In this document: one piece after another, positions 12,716 to 25,854 of the stretch
Numbering within the stretch: the first letter of the stretch is position 1
How the letters are laid out: every line of letters starts with the position of its first letter
Origin: the human T2T-CHM13v2.0 reference genome, Homo sapiens
Strand: one strand, 5' to 3'
Length of the DNA stretch: 64,000 bases
NCBI RefSeq assembly: GCF_009914755.1
Contig: NC_060927.1
Made by a program: the position numbers and the translations under genes
The notes under the pieces: generated by a model
The model's input: the letters and a program-made list of their open reading frames with translations, nothing else
Told to the model about the DNA's origin: nothing
The model's database searches: none

Positions 12716-15179
12716 CTTCTATACTGGGACCAGCTAACTCTACAGGCCATCTTGGCCTCCACTTTCCCATTTTCAAAATGCCTGAGCTAGTTTAGATTTA
12801 CTCAAATGACTCCTACAGCCCTGGAATTTCTGTCAATGACTGAGGTTACTCTCAACTGGATTCTTATTATCATAGTTCTACAATTTAAAGAATTACTCTT
12901 TCCATTTGGACCTTCATACATTTCATTGTCTCTCTTGTTTGGAAGAGGAGCCAGGTCTGGAAATACACAGCAATCAAGCTGCTTCTTTTTCTCTCTTCCT
13001 CAAAGTCATGCCGACTGGTAGAAAACAATATAGCAAGATACCTATGTTCACTCAGGCTCACAGTATTTCTTAATGCACATCTCTTGATCAGAATGTAGAA
13101 GCAAAATTAACTTATTTTGATTTTAAAAACTAGAGCTCAAGTAAAACCAGCGGGTAAGAAGAGGTGTAGGGATCAGGACTCCTGTTCACATAGTCAGCTG
13201 GCTGACTGCTATCTTATTTAGCTTGAAGAAGCTACCAAGATCTTCCTAATTAATAATAACAATACCTGGGAAAATTACAGAGAAGCATGAGAAAGCACAA
13301 TTAGAAAGGAGACAGGCCAATGTAAGAGCCCTAGTCTTAGGGAACTTTGCCAGTCAAAGGCTAAATTGAATAGTTACGATAGACACTGTGCAATGGAAAT
13401 TTTCTATTCTGGTACAAAGGTATTCTTTTCACAGCTTGCTATATATTTATATTTCATGTCCCAAAGCAGTACTCTTGTTTGGCTACTGCTTTAAACTTTA
13501 TCATTATTTGATAAGTCTGCTCAGATATTATCGGTAAGTAAAGTCCTGACTGTATGATGATGCACAGATACCGAAGCAAAGTCATGTTCTCTTTTCTGGG
13601 AAAGGTAGTGTCATCCATCATTTTCATTCCATTCATAAAGCCAAGGAAAACAAAACAAAACAATCTTTCCTTCCGAGGATATGTAACGACAATAAATATA
13701 GTACCTAGTGCTTTGATACAATATTCCCAATATCCAGAGTGTACATGAATTATTTAAAGTGAAACAAAAGTAGATTAGGCAATTCTCTTCTGAAGTTTAA
13801 TTTCTAAAGCATAAAGAGGTAAATTTACCTAATCAATTGCTTACGTCATGAACTAAGCTAACTCACTGCTTTCATCAGGGAATAATCTGAAAGAGTTCAA
13901 CTTGCATCAAACATCTATGAGAAAGAGTATTTGAGAAGTAGCTACTATGTATCCAGATTAAATAATTAGGTTTCAAAAGATAAATAACATACAGAGTATA
14001 AACCAATCTAAAATTTAGGTGTATTTAAATTCACAAATTCCTTCCTTGTCATAACCTAAGACAATAAACCTCTTAGTTTCTACTTTCTAACCAAATGTTT
14101 TTTCCATTGTTTTACCAAAGAACACAAAAACTACATATTTAGATGCTTTTCTCTGAAAAAAAAATATAAGGTAAAGAATAACTTGCATGTATCAGCAATT
14201 ATATTTTTATTATTTTGAAACAGTTTGGGTATTCTGCTTTCATAAATTATAGTGTCAGTGAAAATAAGATCAATAGTCAAATCAATATTTCTCAGTAAGA
14301 AATAATAACTCACAACCCCAGATGAGCAATATCGAAATAAAATTCCCTTCAGCTTTATTAAAACACCATTATTTTAATTTTACCTACACTTTTCTTTGTC
14401 ATGTAAAAATATTTTGTGCAAATAACGAATCAACTTCCTAAATGCACTCCCATGTTAGAATGATGCGTATACAATTAAATGCTCTATTTGGATTGCATTT
14501 CATCTATTAAATTATTAAAAGCAAATCAAGCTCTCAGTAATTAAAGTATTACCAATATACTCAATGTACACTTTTCATATTTTATGTGAAAGGCAATAAA
14601 AATCATTGATGGAACATGATAAATATTCAATGTGTTTCTACTTAAAGTAAAAAACGAAAAACAAAAAGCAAACCCCAAACCCTGAGGTTAATATTTTGTT
14701 TTTAGTTCAAGTCATAGCATTCTAATAACTGAAAGAAAGCAAATATTCTTTCTTTCCTTTTGCAAAGTAAGTATGCACTACAAGAGACCAATTAGTGTGT
14801 AAATTTATTTTGCAGTTTCAGGTTGTGCTAAGTAATTGTAACAAAAATTGATTATTTAGTTTTGAGACATGAAATGGCAATTTAAAAAATGGTAACTGTT
14901 GCTACTGCATGGATGACAACCCCAGCTGTCCAACATAAGTGTCACTCTGATGCTGTCATTAGGGGCACACAGCAATGGCACAAATCAGCCATGTTCTTTG
15001 AAAGAATGAAATATTTATCCACTAATATTTACTAAAACTATTTGAAAATTATATAATTGCAATAAATGTACTTTCTTTTCTTCCATAATGTTTAATTATA
15101 AATGTTATAGTACATGAAAGCATAATGCTCATTTTGTTGATGTTATACATGTTATTAATTTTTTACTTTTATTTAAAAA

Positions 15180-15385
15180 AGAGGATAGTAAATATTATCT
15201 GTGAAGAGCCAAATAATAAATCTGGCTTTGCAGGTCAGAGGGTCACTGCCACAACTACTCACCCCATGCTACTGTAACCCAAAAGCAGTAAGGGGCAATA
15301 TGCATGCAAAGAGGCATGGCTCTGTTCTAGTAAAATTTTAGTTGCAAGATAAATTTGGCATGGGCCATAGTCCATAGACTTCCAG
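15180..15385. mobile_element. MER58A (hAT-Charlie)
   Basis: tctgtgaagagccaaataataaat...ggctttgcaggtc...acaactactca...catggctctgttctagtaaaatttta...catgggccatagt. Confidence 0.75.
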
Positions 15386-15529
15386 CACAGAAGAGAGCAG
15401 GAAGTGGTATTAGAATATTTAAGCAGATATAACTTAATCTATCAAAAAGCTATTGAGAGGCACGTTATGTTATAAATGAAAGTATGCATGTAAGTGAAAC
15501 TTAGGATGTGACATCTTTGGAGACATACC

Positions 15530-15730
15530 CCCTCAGAACCCATGCATTTTTACTTGCTAGCTGTATAGCCTCATGTAGTTACTCTACCCAATTTTCTCAG
15601 TTTCCTTATCTGGAAAATAGTGGGGGTGGGGGAGAATGGGGTTGTGGTGAAGATATAATCAGCTAATGCAGGTAATTCACTTAAATTCATGCCTGGTAAA
15701 CAATAAAAACTAAATAAATATAGCTATTAT
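15530..15730 (+). mobile_element. MIR
   Basis: acttgctagctgt...ctcagtttccttatctggaaaatag...gttgtggtgaagat...gctattat. Confidence 0.65.
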
Positions 15731-16706
15731 CATAAAAGTTCATTTTCATACACAATGGTCTATCAGGAGGAGAAAAGTAAAGGCCCCACATATTTTCCAG
15801 CTTCTTCTTGTCATCAGTAAATAAACAAATGAACAAACAAACAAACAGCTTATACCCTGCCAATGTATATCTGTATGCATAACATCATTCTAAATTCCCA
15901 AGGGCCAAGCCTGAGACTTATTTATTCTTATATCCCCAGCACTAATCATTGTCTAACATATAGTTGGGAAATGTAAAATGAATGAGAGAAGTAATGGCTG
16001 AATAAATCTCTAACAACTATCAGAGGCATCCTTGGTGGCTATAAGACCACGGAAATAAAAGGTCCCCTAAGAGTTAAATAAAGAGGACACATCTGACAGA
16101 CTAAAGGCAGGAGGCACCAGTAGACTGTGAGCTGCTAAAATAGGCACTTTCTAGAAATTAGAGTAGTCAGGGTGTTGAGGGTAAGGATAAATGCATATCT
16201 TTCCAGGGCTAGGAAACAGCCAAGGAAGTTTAGGTCCTGTCTGATGACTTTGGCATGACTTTCTAGAGGTCACAGAATTAGAAACAATTTGAGTAATGGA
16301 GGAGAGAGCACTGGCAGTTTGGGATATAAATGATACTCCAAGAAAATGCACAGATTGAAGAGTGAAATTAGAATTAAATGACAAAGTAGGAAAAAGGACT
16401 TTTCCAGCTTCTTCCAGGTCTTTAAATACAAAATATAATTGATCATTCTCTTTTTTTGGGGGGAGGGTAGGTAAAGAACAGTTAATATAACCTCCAAACA
16501 CCACCCTATAGAATCATTTTTCTCCACATTCTTTAATCCTCTGCTTGTCTGAATCTCAATGCTAACTCCAAGCCCTAATGAACCTTAAATGGCAAATATT
16601 GGCTTGCTTTACCTTGTATTGTCTCCTTAAGATCTGGTAATCCGCTATTTTATCCTGTGCTGATAGCTTTCCTAAACTTTCTCCAGTGCTCTTTAGTAGT
16701 GTATAG

Positions 16707-16850
16707 CAGCACTTCTCAGACTTTAATGTACGTGTGATCATCCAGGCACCTTGCCAAATTGCAGACTCTGGCTCAGACTCTCTGGGGTGGAATCTGAGTC
16801 TGACTCTGTAGCAAGCTGCTGATCCATGAGCCCTACTTTAGGGACCAAGG
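16707..16850. mobile_element. MER5A-type (hAT-Charlie)
   Basis: cagcacttctcagactttaatgt...gcagactctggctcag...tctggggtgg...gctgctgatccatg...actttag. Confidence 0.65.
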
Positions 16851-18578
16851 GTGTAGAGAACATTTAATTCTTATTTCCTGCCTAATATTATTCTGATTTA
16901 TTTCCCCCTAGAAAAAGCCCTTTCTCTGGCTCACAGCTCAAATGGTACACTGTGGTCACTTACTCCTCCCTTCACTTTGTGAAAGCACCCAAAATTGCCC
17001 TCAATTGCCTAAATGGATTTCTATAACCAGGGGCTTTAGGACAGTATCTCAACTTTGGAAAATTGAAGCTATCCAACAGGGTTTTCATATACAGCTTTTG
17101 ACCCTCATTTTGATAATAGAGAAGCCTGTCTGTTTTACTCCTCCTCTGCTTAAAATCTGCCAACCAACATTTTCTCAATTATTCTTTTTCTTTTAATATG
17201 CTTGAAAATTTCCATGTGAGCTTACTCCCTGTTGGATAAACTTATAATTAAATTAATAGTAACTATTCCTCATTTTAAATTGTGGTGTTAGAGTGAATGA
17301 CAGTGTCATATACTTTCCTAGATACAATAAAATTTAAACATTCTGTTGCTATGTTGTAAGAAAGCACATAGAGGCTATAAAGCTACATGATGTGAGATCT
17401 TTACTTATTTGCTTTCCTTACAGTAATAACCTAGATGATTTGTGCTTTTTTTTACTGATAGAGTTGTACAATATGTTATATACCTCTTGAATAAGTCGTA
17501 GTGAATCTTACCCCGACTTTATTTTAAACATATGTAGCTTTAATAAATGTATTGAACTTACTTATGTAATTTTCCTCTGTTTTCTTTCTCTAATCTGAAA
17601 TGCCCTTTGCAATTCTGAAATAAAAAACTAATATCACACAAACTTCTTACTGTGTTCATGTGGACCCATTTCAGTTAATCTCCAAGTGTATCTTTTGCTG
17701 CTTCTGCCTCTTGAGAGTTTTCATTCTGGGTATTTTCTGAGCAACATTTTTTTGATGTCTTTACCCAATTACCTCCTTTTAGCCCCTCCTTCCATGAAAT
17801 CTTTTCCTGGAACACTCACTATCTTGAGCCAGAGATCCAGCCATCTATCCATAAATTCAGTCATCTGTTCATTCATTTACCCACATTCATTGATTTTAAT
17901 ATTAGAAAATTATATCATAATACATTGAGCATTGTCTTTGAGCTATTATAGTCAGGAGACAGCAATACAGCAATAACAGCTTTTCTTCATAGCAGAAAAA
18001 AGGATGAAGAGGACAGGAGTAAAGAAAAGGCAGAGATATAGAAGAAAAAGATGTTGGAGAAGACTAATTTGGATTCATTTTCTGCAAAAGTTTTCTATAC
18101 AGACTTTTTTATTCAAAAAGGGTTGTCTAATACAAGATTTTTCTTCAAACTTTTCAAAGATTTCACAAAACAGTTTCGAGATAAAGACAAGAAAACAAAC
18201 CTAACTGCATAGAAAAAAAAATAGATTTCCCTTGGAGCAAAACCCAGGCTTCTTACCAAGTCCCCATTTAATCGGGCCTCAGCTTATGTTTTCAAATTCA
18301 CCACCACATTCTCTTCATACCCTTAAGTTGATCCCAGCCACACTCCATGTTCTTTTGTGTTTCCTGAAACACAACTTCATTTCCACCTCAAAATTGTGCA
18401 CTTGCTGTTCTTTAAGCTTAAAAAACTCCCCCCACCCTCTGCCTGTCTCCTTCTCATCATTTAAACTTTTTTCAGATGTCCGATCCTCCGTAACCCCTCC
18501 CATCAAACCATCCAGTCAGACTCAAAGTTAGCCTTTTTATAAGTTCTTAGCACTTTTCTATCTTATTTTTTACCTATA

Positions 18579-19045
18579 CAGATGGTCCCTGGCTTACAAT
18601 GGTTCAATTTACAATTTTTAGACTTTACAATAGTGTAAAAACAATACGCATTCAGTAGAAACAATACTTTGAATATTGAATTTTGATCTCCTCCCATGCT
18701 AATGATACACAGTATGATACTCTCTCAGCAATCATGTGGTTAAACAACCAATACTTTACAATATGCAGTGGTGCCGATATTTTTGGATAATGTGTTTTGT
18801 GTTTTTACATCCCATCGTATCCACAAAATGCCATATGTGTCTCATGCTTCTGAAGAGAAGAAGGCAGTTACTCTTGAGACGACACTCAAGATAATTTCCC
18901 AAAATGAAGGCAGCAAGCCAGTAATAACGACGCCACGAGGGCTAGGACTTTCACATTCAGCTATCCTGACCACCTTATCCTTTAAATGCATTTTTAACTT
19001 GCAATATTATCAACTTAAAATGGGATTAGCAGGATGCATCATAAT
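18579..19045 (+). mobile_element. Tigger5/MER47-family DNA transposon derivative with a transposase N-terminal HTH remnant
   Basis: TA + cagatggtccctggcttacaatggttc terminus; ORF 18768-19064 encodes EEKKAVTLETTLKIISQNEGSKPV...LGLSHSAILTTL, resembling the CENP-B/pogo psq-type HTH; right terminus degenerate. Confidence 0.78.
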
Positions 19046-19063
19046 CTATTGTCTTTCCCGTTG

Positions 19064-19091
19064 AGATATTGGAGATATATCTCCAATATCT
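19064..19091. repeat. Perfect 28-bp palindrome
   Basis: agatattggagata|tatctccaatatct is its own reverse complement. Confidence 0.97.
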
Positions 19092-20122
19092 AAATTTCTA
19101 AATTCTAAACTTAGAATTCTAAATTAATTCTAAATTTAATTCTAAACCTTCACCATCTAGGACATTACCCATAATGAACTCAAGAAATATATATGTTGAC
19201 TGACCAAGATTTAATCGTTTAATTACCTTTGCTGATGTCCCTGCAGAAGTGCATTCACTGATTTCCTCAGGGAGCAGAAACCTCTGCTTTTTATTTATGA
19301 AAGCAGCCTTGTAAAACCTGTGATTTAGTTTAGGTATGGGCATTGTGAAGACATTATGTAACACAGTGTTATCACCATAGCCCTCTATTCATAAAACTTT
19401 AAAAAAAATTCCTCTTAGGATATTGTCAGAAAATTTATTGCATTAAGGATTTGGTATATTTGTTTTCCTTAGACTGTATGTAAATAATTGTATCCCTTAT
19501 TTGGCTTTGTCACCAGTAAGCCAAATTGTAGTATCTCAGACTTATCTTACATATCTGTATCTTTTAAAATACATATTATAGACATGTGCTAAAATGTAGT
19601 CTAAGTGCTCATATAGTTTCTCAATATTTTACTTGTGGGTTACCTCGGGGGCCAACTTTCAGAAACGATCAGAAATAAGAGAGGACAAAATTAATGATGA
19701 CTTTTTTCACTTTCATATTTATTACTAACTTATTTCCTAGATATATAGCATGCTTTTATGCTATAACTAGGATCATTATTTAACTCACAAATTTTAAAAA
19801 GCCAAGGAAAGAGAGAAAGAGAGAAAAAAAAGAGAAAATAGGCAAAACAAGGAAAAGAATCATTTTACAGAGTAACAATATATTTCCCTGGACTAAAGGT
19901 AAACAAGAATCTGCATAAACAGGATATGACACTAACTGGAATTAGATCCAAGTTTCCTAAAAGCAAATTTGTGTTTGGTCTTATTGATAGCTTTATCTGT
20001 AGAACCTGTAACTAATACACATACACACACATCAGCTGCACAGTAAACTAGTAACATGAATAATGAGCAGCAGACATTAGTCCTTTTTTTGGAAATTAAA
20101 GCAGATATATTTTATCCCAGGA

Positions 20123-20327
20123 CAGTTGTTCTCAGTCAGGGGTGATTTTAAATATTTGCAACTGGAACTCTTAACAATGTCTGAAGATATTTCTGGGTGG
20201 TTCTACTGGTATCGAATGGGTAGAGGCCAGAGAAGATGTTAAATATCCTTTAAGACACAAAACTAGCCCTCATAACAAAAAATTAGTGGCTCCAAATGCC
20301 AACAGTACTGAAGTTGAGAACTCCTGT
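20123..20327 (+). mobile_element. MER20
   Basis: cagttgttctcagtcaggggtgatttt...tgggtagaggccagaga...ccaaatgccaacagtactgaagttgagaactcctg. Confidence 0.8.
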
Positions 20328-22533
20328 CCTAGAGGAATGATAAAAAACAATTTTCCAACAAAAAGGGTAAAATCATGATTCTCATACAGATATAAAATAA
20401 ATGTCTTAAAGAATGTATTTCAGTGAGAGAACGAGACAGATGTTACAACTGGTTTAAAAGAAAAACAGACATATTTACAGATCAGGAAGTTGAATACGCA
20501 AATGGCAAAACTATTCCACAGGATGAGGAGGGAATTCAACTGAACTTCTACTGGACCAGCAGAGGTTACATACAATTTGCACAATTATAGAAGATCTCCC
20601 ATAGAATCAGGAAAGGCAAAAAGGTGTGCTATATATGGACAATGGTTTTCCATATGTTTTTCCTACAAAAAGAAGGAGAGGTAGAGGAGAGATGTTGGAT
20701 ACCATTAAAGGCTGCCATTAGCAAAGTATATTCTGGTAGCATTTGGATACTACTCATCAAAGAAGAGTTTTAGTAAGCATATAAACAATATTTCTATTTA
20801 CCTTATTTCATATTGAGTAATTTTAATTCAAGGATCCTTGAATCTAACCCCTTCTCCTGGAAGGGGCACATCTAAAGTAGATTTTTTAAATTGGATTTTC
20901 TTCCCTCCATTTTTAGTTCAACAAAACAAGTTCAATCAGAATATAGCACTTAGAAGAAAGAAGAACAAAGAATGTATTATAATATACTACTTTTGTCTAC
21001 CTAGATACTAAAACTAAAATCAAATATTTCATCTTTCTGAATGAACCTTATAGAAAAAGATATAATTTTTCAGTATAATATAACCATGAGGACAGTATGA
21101 TATCTCATAATAATCTATATGGATGACAAATTAATGATTCATAGAAAACAACAGGCCTGGAAATAATTATTGAGACAATAAGTTTAATAGAAACTACTTA
21201 GAATGTCCAGTATTAGGCTCTGAGGAAGCATGGATAATTCGACTTCCTATAAATCACTTATGATTTTTAATGGCTCATGATGTATGTGTGAACAGTTTCA
21301 CCAAGGTTGCCCAAGAGTCCATTGCAATCAAGATGTTAAATTCTTTTGGCTGTTTAACAGTTTGGCTCACTGAAGATGAAAATAATATTTCTATTTGTTC
21401 ATTTTAGTAAATTTTTTAAAAAAAAGAAGTAAAATAGGTTTGAATGAAACTCTCTGCACTTAAGATAATCTTTTCTATTTAATCTTCCAGTCAAATAAAT
21501 ATTGCGGCTTGGATTCCAACGAAGTTAGTACTTTTTTTTTTTTTTTAAAAGTCTTCTTATTTTTTAGTTAAAATATTGAAGTCTTTAAAAATATTTTTTA
21601 CCTGAACTGAAGAATAACAGGGATAGCAACAATATAATCAAAGTTGAAAACATTTAAGTGCATAAAAACTAAGCTCAACAAAGCATATCTGAATTTGATT
21701 GGGTAAGAAAACAAGAAGAGTTGTATATACCACAGATCAATTGATTAGAGAATAAGACAAACCCTGTGGATAGCTGCTTTGCTTATTATCATTCTACTGT
21801 CATTTCTCAATTACTTGAAAATGTTATTTCTCACACATAACTAGTGGTAACACAGTAAAGATAAATGCTTCAACTATGTTAGGAAGAGCCTACTTTCAAC
21901 TAGGAAGACATTACATTGTATTCTATTTTCCTTAAATGATCACTGTGGTATTAATCAGAGTGAAACCTGATTAGAAAACTAAAAATTTGATTGTCTTTTT
22001 CCAGAATGAAAGAAATTAATCAAAGATTCTCAGAAGGGTCTAACTAGTCCCTTACTTCAGCCAACACCTTCACCTTGAAAGCAGGAAGATAATGGCTGCT
22101 AACACATGAGAGTTTGAGAACAGTTGATTGCTGTAAACCACTTTTAATTCTTCTTTAATCAAAGTAATTACAAAGTACAATGGTTCTTTGACACTTATAC
22201 TCTATCAAGGTAAGATTAGGGTGCTTTTAAGACACTTTACTTGTGCTGAAGTTAAGAAATAAAACTGCATCTTACTCTACTAATCCTGGAGTCATAGACT
22301 TTGCTTACCATTTAAAAAGTTAAAATCTAGGTTAATATTCTTATCTAAAAGAATCATATTTCAATTTTAGTAAAATGAATATTTGGCATTTGGAAAAGCC
22401 AATAATCATATTTTTATCAACTTTAATAAATGACAGAAAAGCCATATCCTTATATCTGGTGATGTCAAAAGAGTTTCATGGCAAAACTCCAAAGTGAGCA
22501 ACTTCCAATAAATTAGCATATGCATGTTCTTTA

Positions 22534-22845
<312 letters not shown>

Positions 22846-23139
22846 GAATCATGAGACTTGAAATGGTGAGTCATTGGGGCACTGTCACAAAAATGAAAAT
22901 TTATTATTTATTATGAATTAATTTAAATTTCTTTTAAAGTGTACATTTCTATACTTTTGGAATATCAATGGAGAAAACACTAGGATCCAGTCTTCAGCAA
23001 AAAAGTTCAGAATATGTATGATAAAGATTTACTCTCCTGTAAGTCTGTCCTTTAATTTCCACTGTACATTATAATTTATAATAGCCACTCGTTATTTATA
23101 TATTCAGTAACACTCTAACAATGCTTATCTTAGCATAGT

Positions 23140-23370
23140 GATCTCATGAAGTGGTATAAGAGTTTAAAAGATACATTACTGGACTAAAAGTTATAAGTCC
23201 TGCATCTGAGACCCAGATCTATCAACTCTTTAGCCATAGAAGCTCAAGCAATGCACCTAAAGGTGCTAAGACAAGTTTTATACTTGAAAATTGATGACGA
23301 TGGCACATTTCTTGCTTGTATCACAGTTATACTTTGTGGATTAAATGGGAAATGCATTTGCAAAATGTTG
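23140..23370 (+). mobile_element. MIR
   Basis: gtggtataagag...ctggact...cccagatct...aaaattg...ggattaaatgggaaatgcatttgcaaaatg. Confidence 0.6.
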
Positions 23371-24269
23371 AAACAAATCACTGTAAAATATATGATTTTA
23401 CCAATCATCATCATGCATTTCACCATCGGTGATACAAGTGTCCACAGAGTATTTGCATCTCCATTTTATGCACATCAAACCAAAGTACTGGCCTTTGCTG
23501 CTTATGGATGGGACTCCAATGCAAAACTCAATGTATCAGTGTGAGGATGTCTAGGGTAAGAAATATAGAATGGAACAAAATAATAAAGGGTACAATTTTA
23601 GTTTCTTTTCCTGTTCTAAAATTTTTATATCTGAAAATAGATAATATGAATAAAATTGTCAGAAATAACAAGAGATTTGTTATTTCAACACATGCATTCA
23701 CTTAAGACTTTATTTTACATGGTTGGTAATGAAGAACAGAAAACACAAGCAGTAGTTATATAATGTCATATTTCATTCTATTTCCATATCTGTGCTTATT
23801 CCTATTTTCACAAAGAATGAGACAGCTCAAAATTCTAATTCTAAGTAACAGATTTAACTTTTTCCACACTAAAACTAACTTAATAACTCCCAAAAGGAAG
23901 TAAAAAATGAAATAGAGATTTCAGGGAAGCAGGCAAGTAAGGGAAGCAAGTTAGCAGTGGTGAGAGAAGCAGAGCTGTGGGTTCAACAAAGCCAGAGGAG
24001 AGTCAGAAATGAATATTCAACAAATGGTTGGCAACAGGGGATTCAAGTAGCTTTGAGAGGCTGAACCTAAAAGAATCCCTAGACACAACCTGTACTGGTG
24101 AAGGAATGCTTTTATGGGATACAAGGACCCAAGGGGTAGCCTAGAAAATCATAAAGGCAACAATTCATTCAGATGGGCTCTGAGTAGCTCACAAACAATA
24201 AAATCTTCAAATTCAAGAAAGCAGCAGAAGAAAAAAGTACCAAAAGCCCAAATAATCACATGCTGATTA

Positions 24270-24960
24270 ATGAATCACTAAATAGTATCAAACGAATTAA
24301 AGCATAAAGTTTTTATCATGCTATTATAAGACTCTAGAAATGCAGTAGTAAAGAAAGCAGGATTCTCAGTCTCATGAAACTCATAATATTATGGAAAATA
24401 AAAGTATTAACAAAGTTAGCACAAATGTTTTTTACAATTATTAGAAGATATGAAGGAAACTGCAAGATCTGATGAAACAACAGGGAGGCAAATTTTAGAT
24501 TCATAGCTCAGGTTACGGCTCTCTGAAGATATGGCATTTTGGCTGAGTCCTAAAGGATGGCTAAGCATTACATGATGAAAGAGCGAGGATATTTAAGGCA
24601 TGTGGGAAGGCCCTGATATGAATTAAGGCTTAGTGTGTTTAAAGAACATTGTGGATAAAGTACCAAAAATGAACAGTAGTCTCTCTAAAATATGTTTAGT
24701 ATTTTAAACCTCACGTCCTTCAGGAAGTCTTTCTGATTTCTCCTACTTTCAGTGCTCTCCCTTGCGCTCCCCAACACTGTGTATCTCCACCACTGCACTT
24801 CTTAGATTTTGTAATAATCTGCTTTAATGACATTTTCTACACTGCATCACTTGCTTAGTTAGAACAGAACATGTTTTATTCATGTTTACACCCAACATGG
24901 CCTACAACAGTATCAAGAAGAGAGGCATTTAATACGTTAAGTTTAAAAAGAATGCAACTA
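24270..24960. mobile_element. Two L2 3' fragments in opposite orientation
   Basis: Minus-type ~24270-24660 (ctctctgaagatatggcattt ggctgagtcctaaaggatg) and plus-type ~24700-24950 (ccttcaggaagtctttctga...tttattcatgtt). Confidence 0.55.
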
Positions 24961-25854
24961 TAAATGTATTCATTAGTACAAAGTAATTAACTCAAAAAGT
25001 ACAGTCACAATGGTGACTGCTTCATTGTCACCGAGTGTATCATTGTGACCATTTGAATACATTTCCAATCTGAAGCAAGCATTTGCTCATCCACTATAGA
25101 AGTCTTTGGTAATTGATTCATTGAATAATCTGAGCCTCATGAAAGAGTTTGACCATTTTTGTTTTTCTCCAGTCATTTTCTGTTTGCCACTAATTGTATT
25201 CTGCTCACTCTCTTTTCTGTCCATGAATTATCTGGGGTGGATCCAATGACTTTCCGATAACTAAAGTATTGAACAATATACTTTAGTTAATCCAGTTTAA
25301 AATTTGATCTCATATTCAATTTAGTTCTATAATTCTCCTCTTCACATTCCTGCATCAGCCAACTCCTTGCCTAGGGTCAAAGGCTGGAAAATTCAAATAT
25401 GTGTCATTCATTTTCCCTCCTTGACACTCTCCACTTCTTTTTCATTTCTTCCAGGGGTTTGAAGAAAGGATCAGAGAAAATTGGCAAAATGTGTTTTACT
25501 TAAAAAGATGCAATTGAAGTATTCTCTTGGTTAAGAATTCCTTCTCTTGGGCAGGGATCCAGATGCTGGCTATCTTGTGGGGTCTGGGTTTACTGGAAGC
25601 CTTGCAGGTATGGGAAATTGGCTTGACGTGACCTTTTCTAAATGCTACCTGCAGTTTTCTCCTGCATCTCCCACAGCCCTTACTCGCTGGGTTCCCTTAC
25701 CTGATAGGCAGCCCTCTTAGGCGGGTTACTAGAAATTTGGACCTAGCCCTTCTACATTCTATGGCGTCCACTTCCTACACAGAAATGTTACACATCCTGT
25801 CATAGCAAAGAGTAGAAATACAGGACTATCTCCATCTACTCTCAATTGTGTTCC

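Larger units (their letters stand above)
18240..19202 (+). mobile_element. L2 3' fragment interrupted by a Tigger5/MER47 element and a palindrome
   Basis: L2-like cttgctgttcttt...tcagatgtc...ttagcactt before 18578; resumes ctattgtctttccc...catctaggaca...aaatatatatgttgactga. Confidence 0.6.

Noticed and set aside
20826-20843. Perfect 18-bp palindrome attcaaggatccttgaat
   Set aside because: Roughly one palindrome of this length is expected by chance in 64 kb of AT-rich DNA.
25330-25840. GC-richer, LTR-like stretch (similar stretches at ~10740-11250 and ~23920-24260)
   Set aside because: Possibly very old LTR relics, but I cannot identify termini, TSDs or a family.
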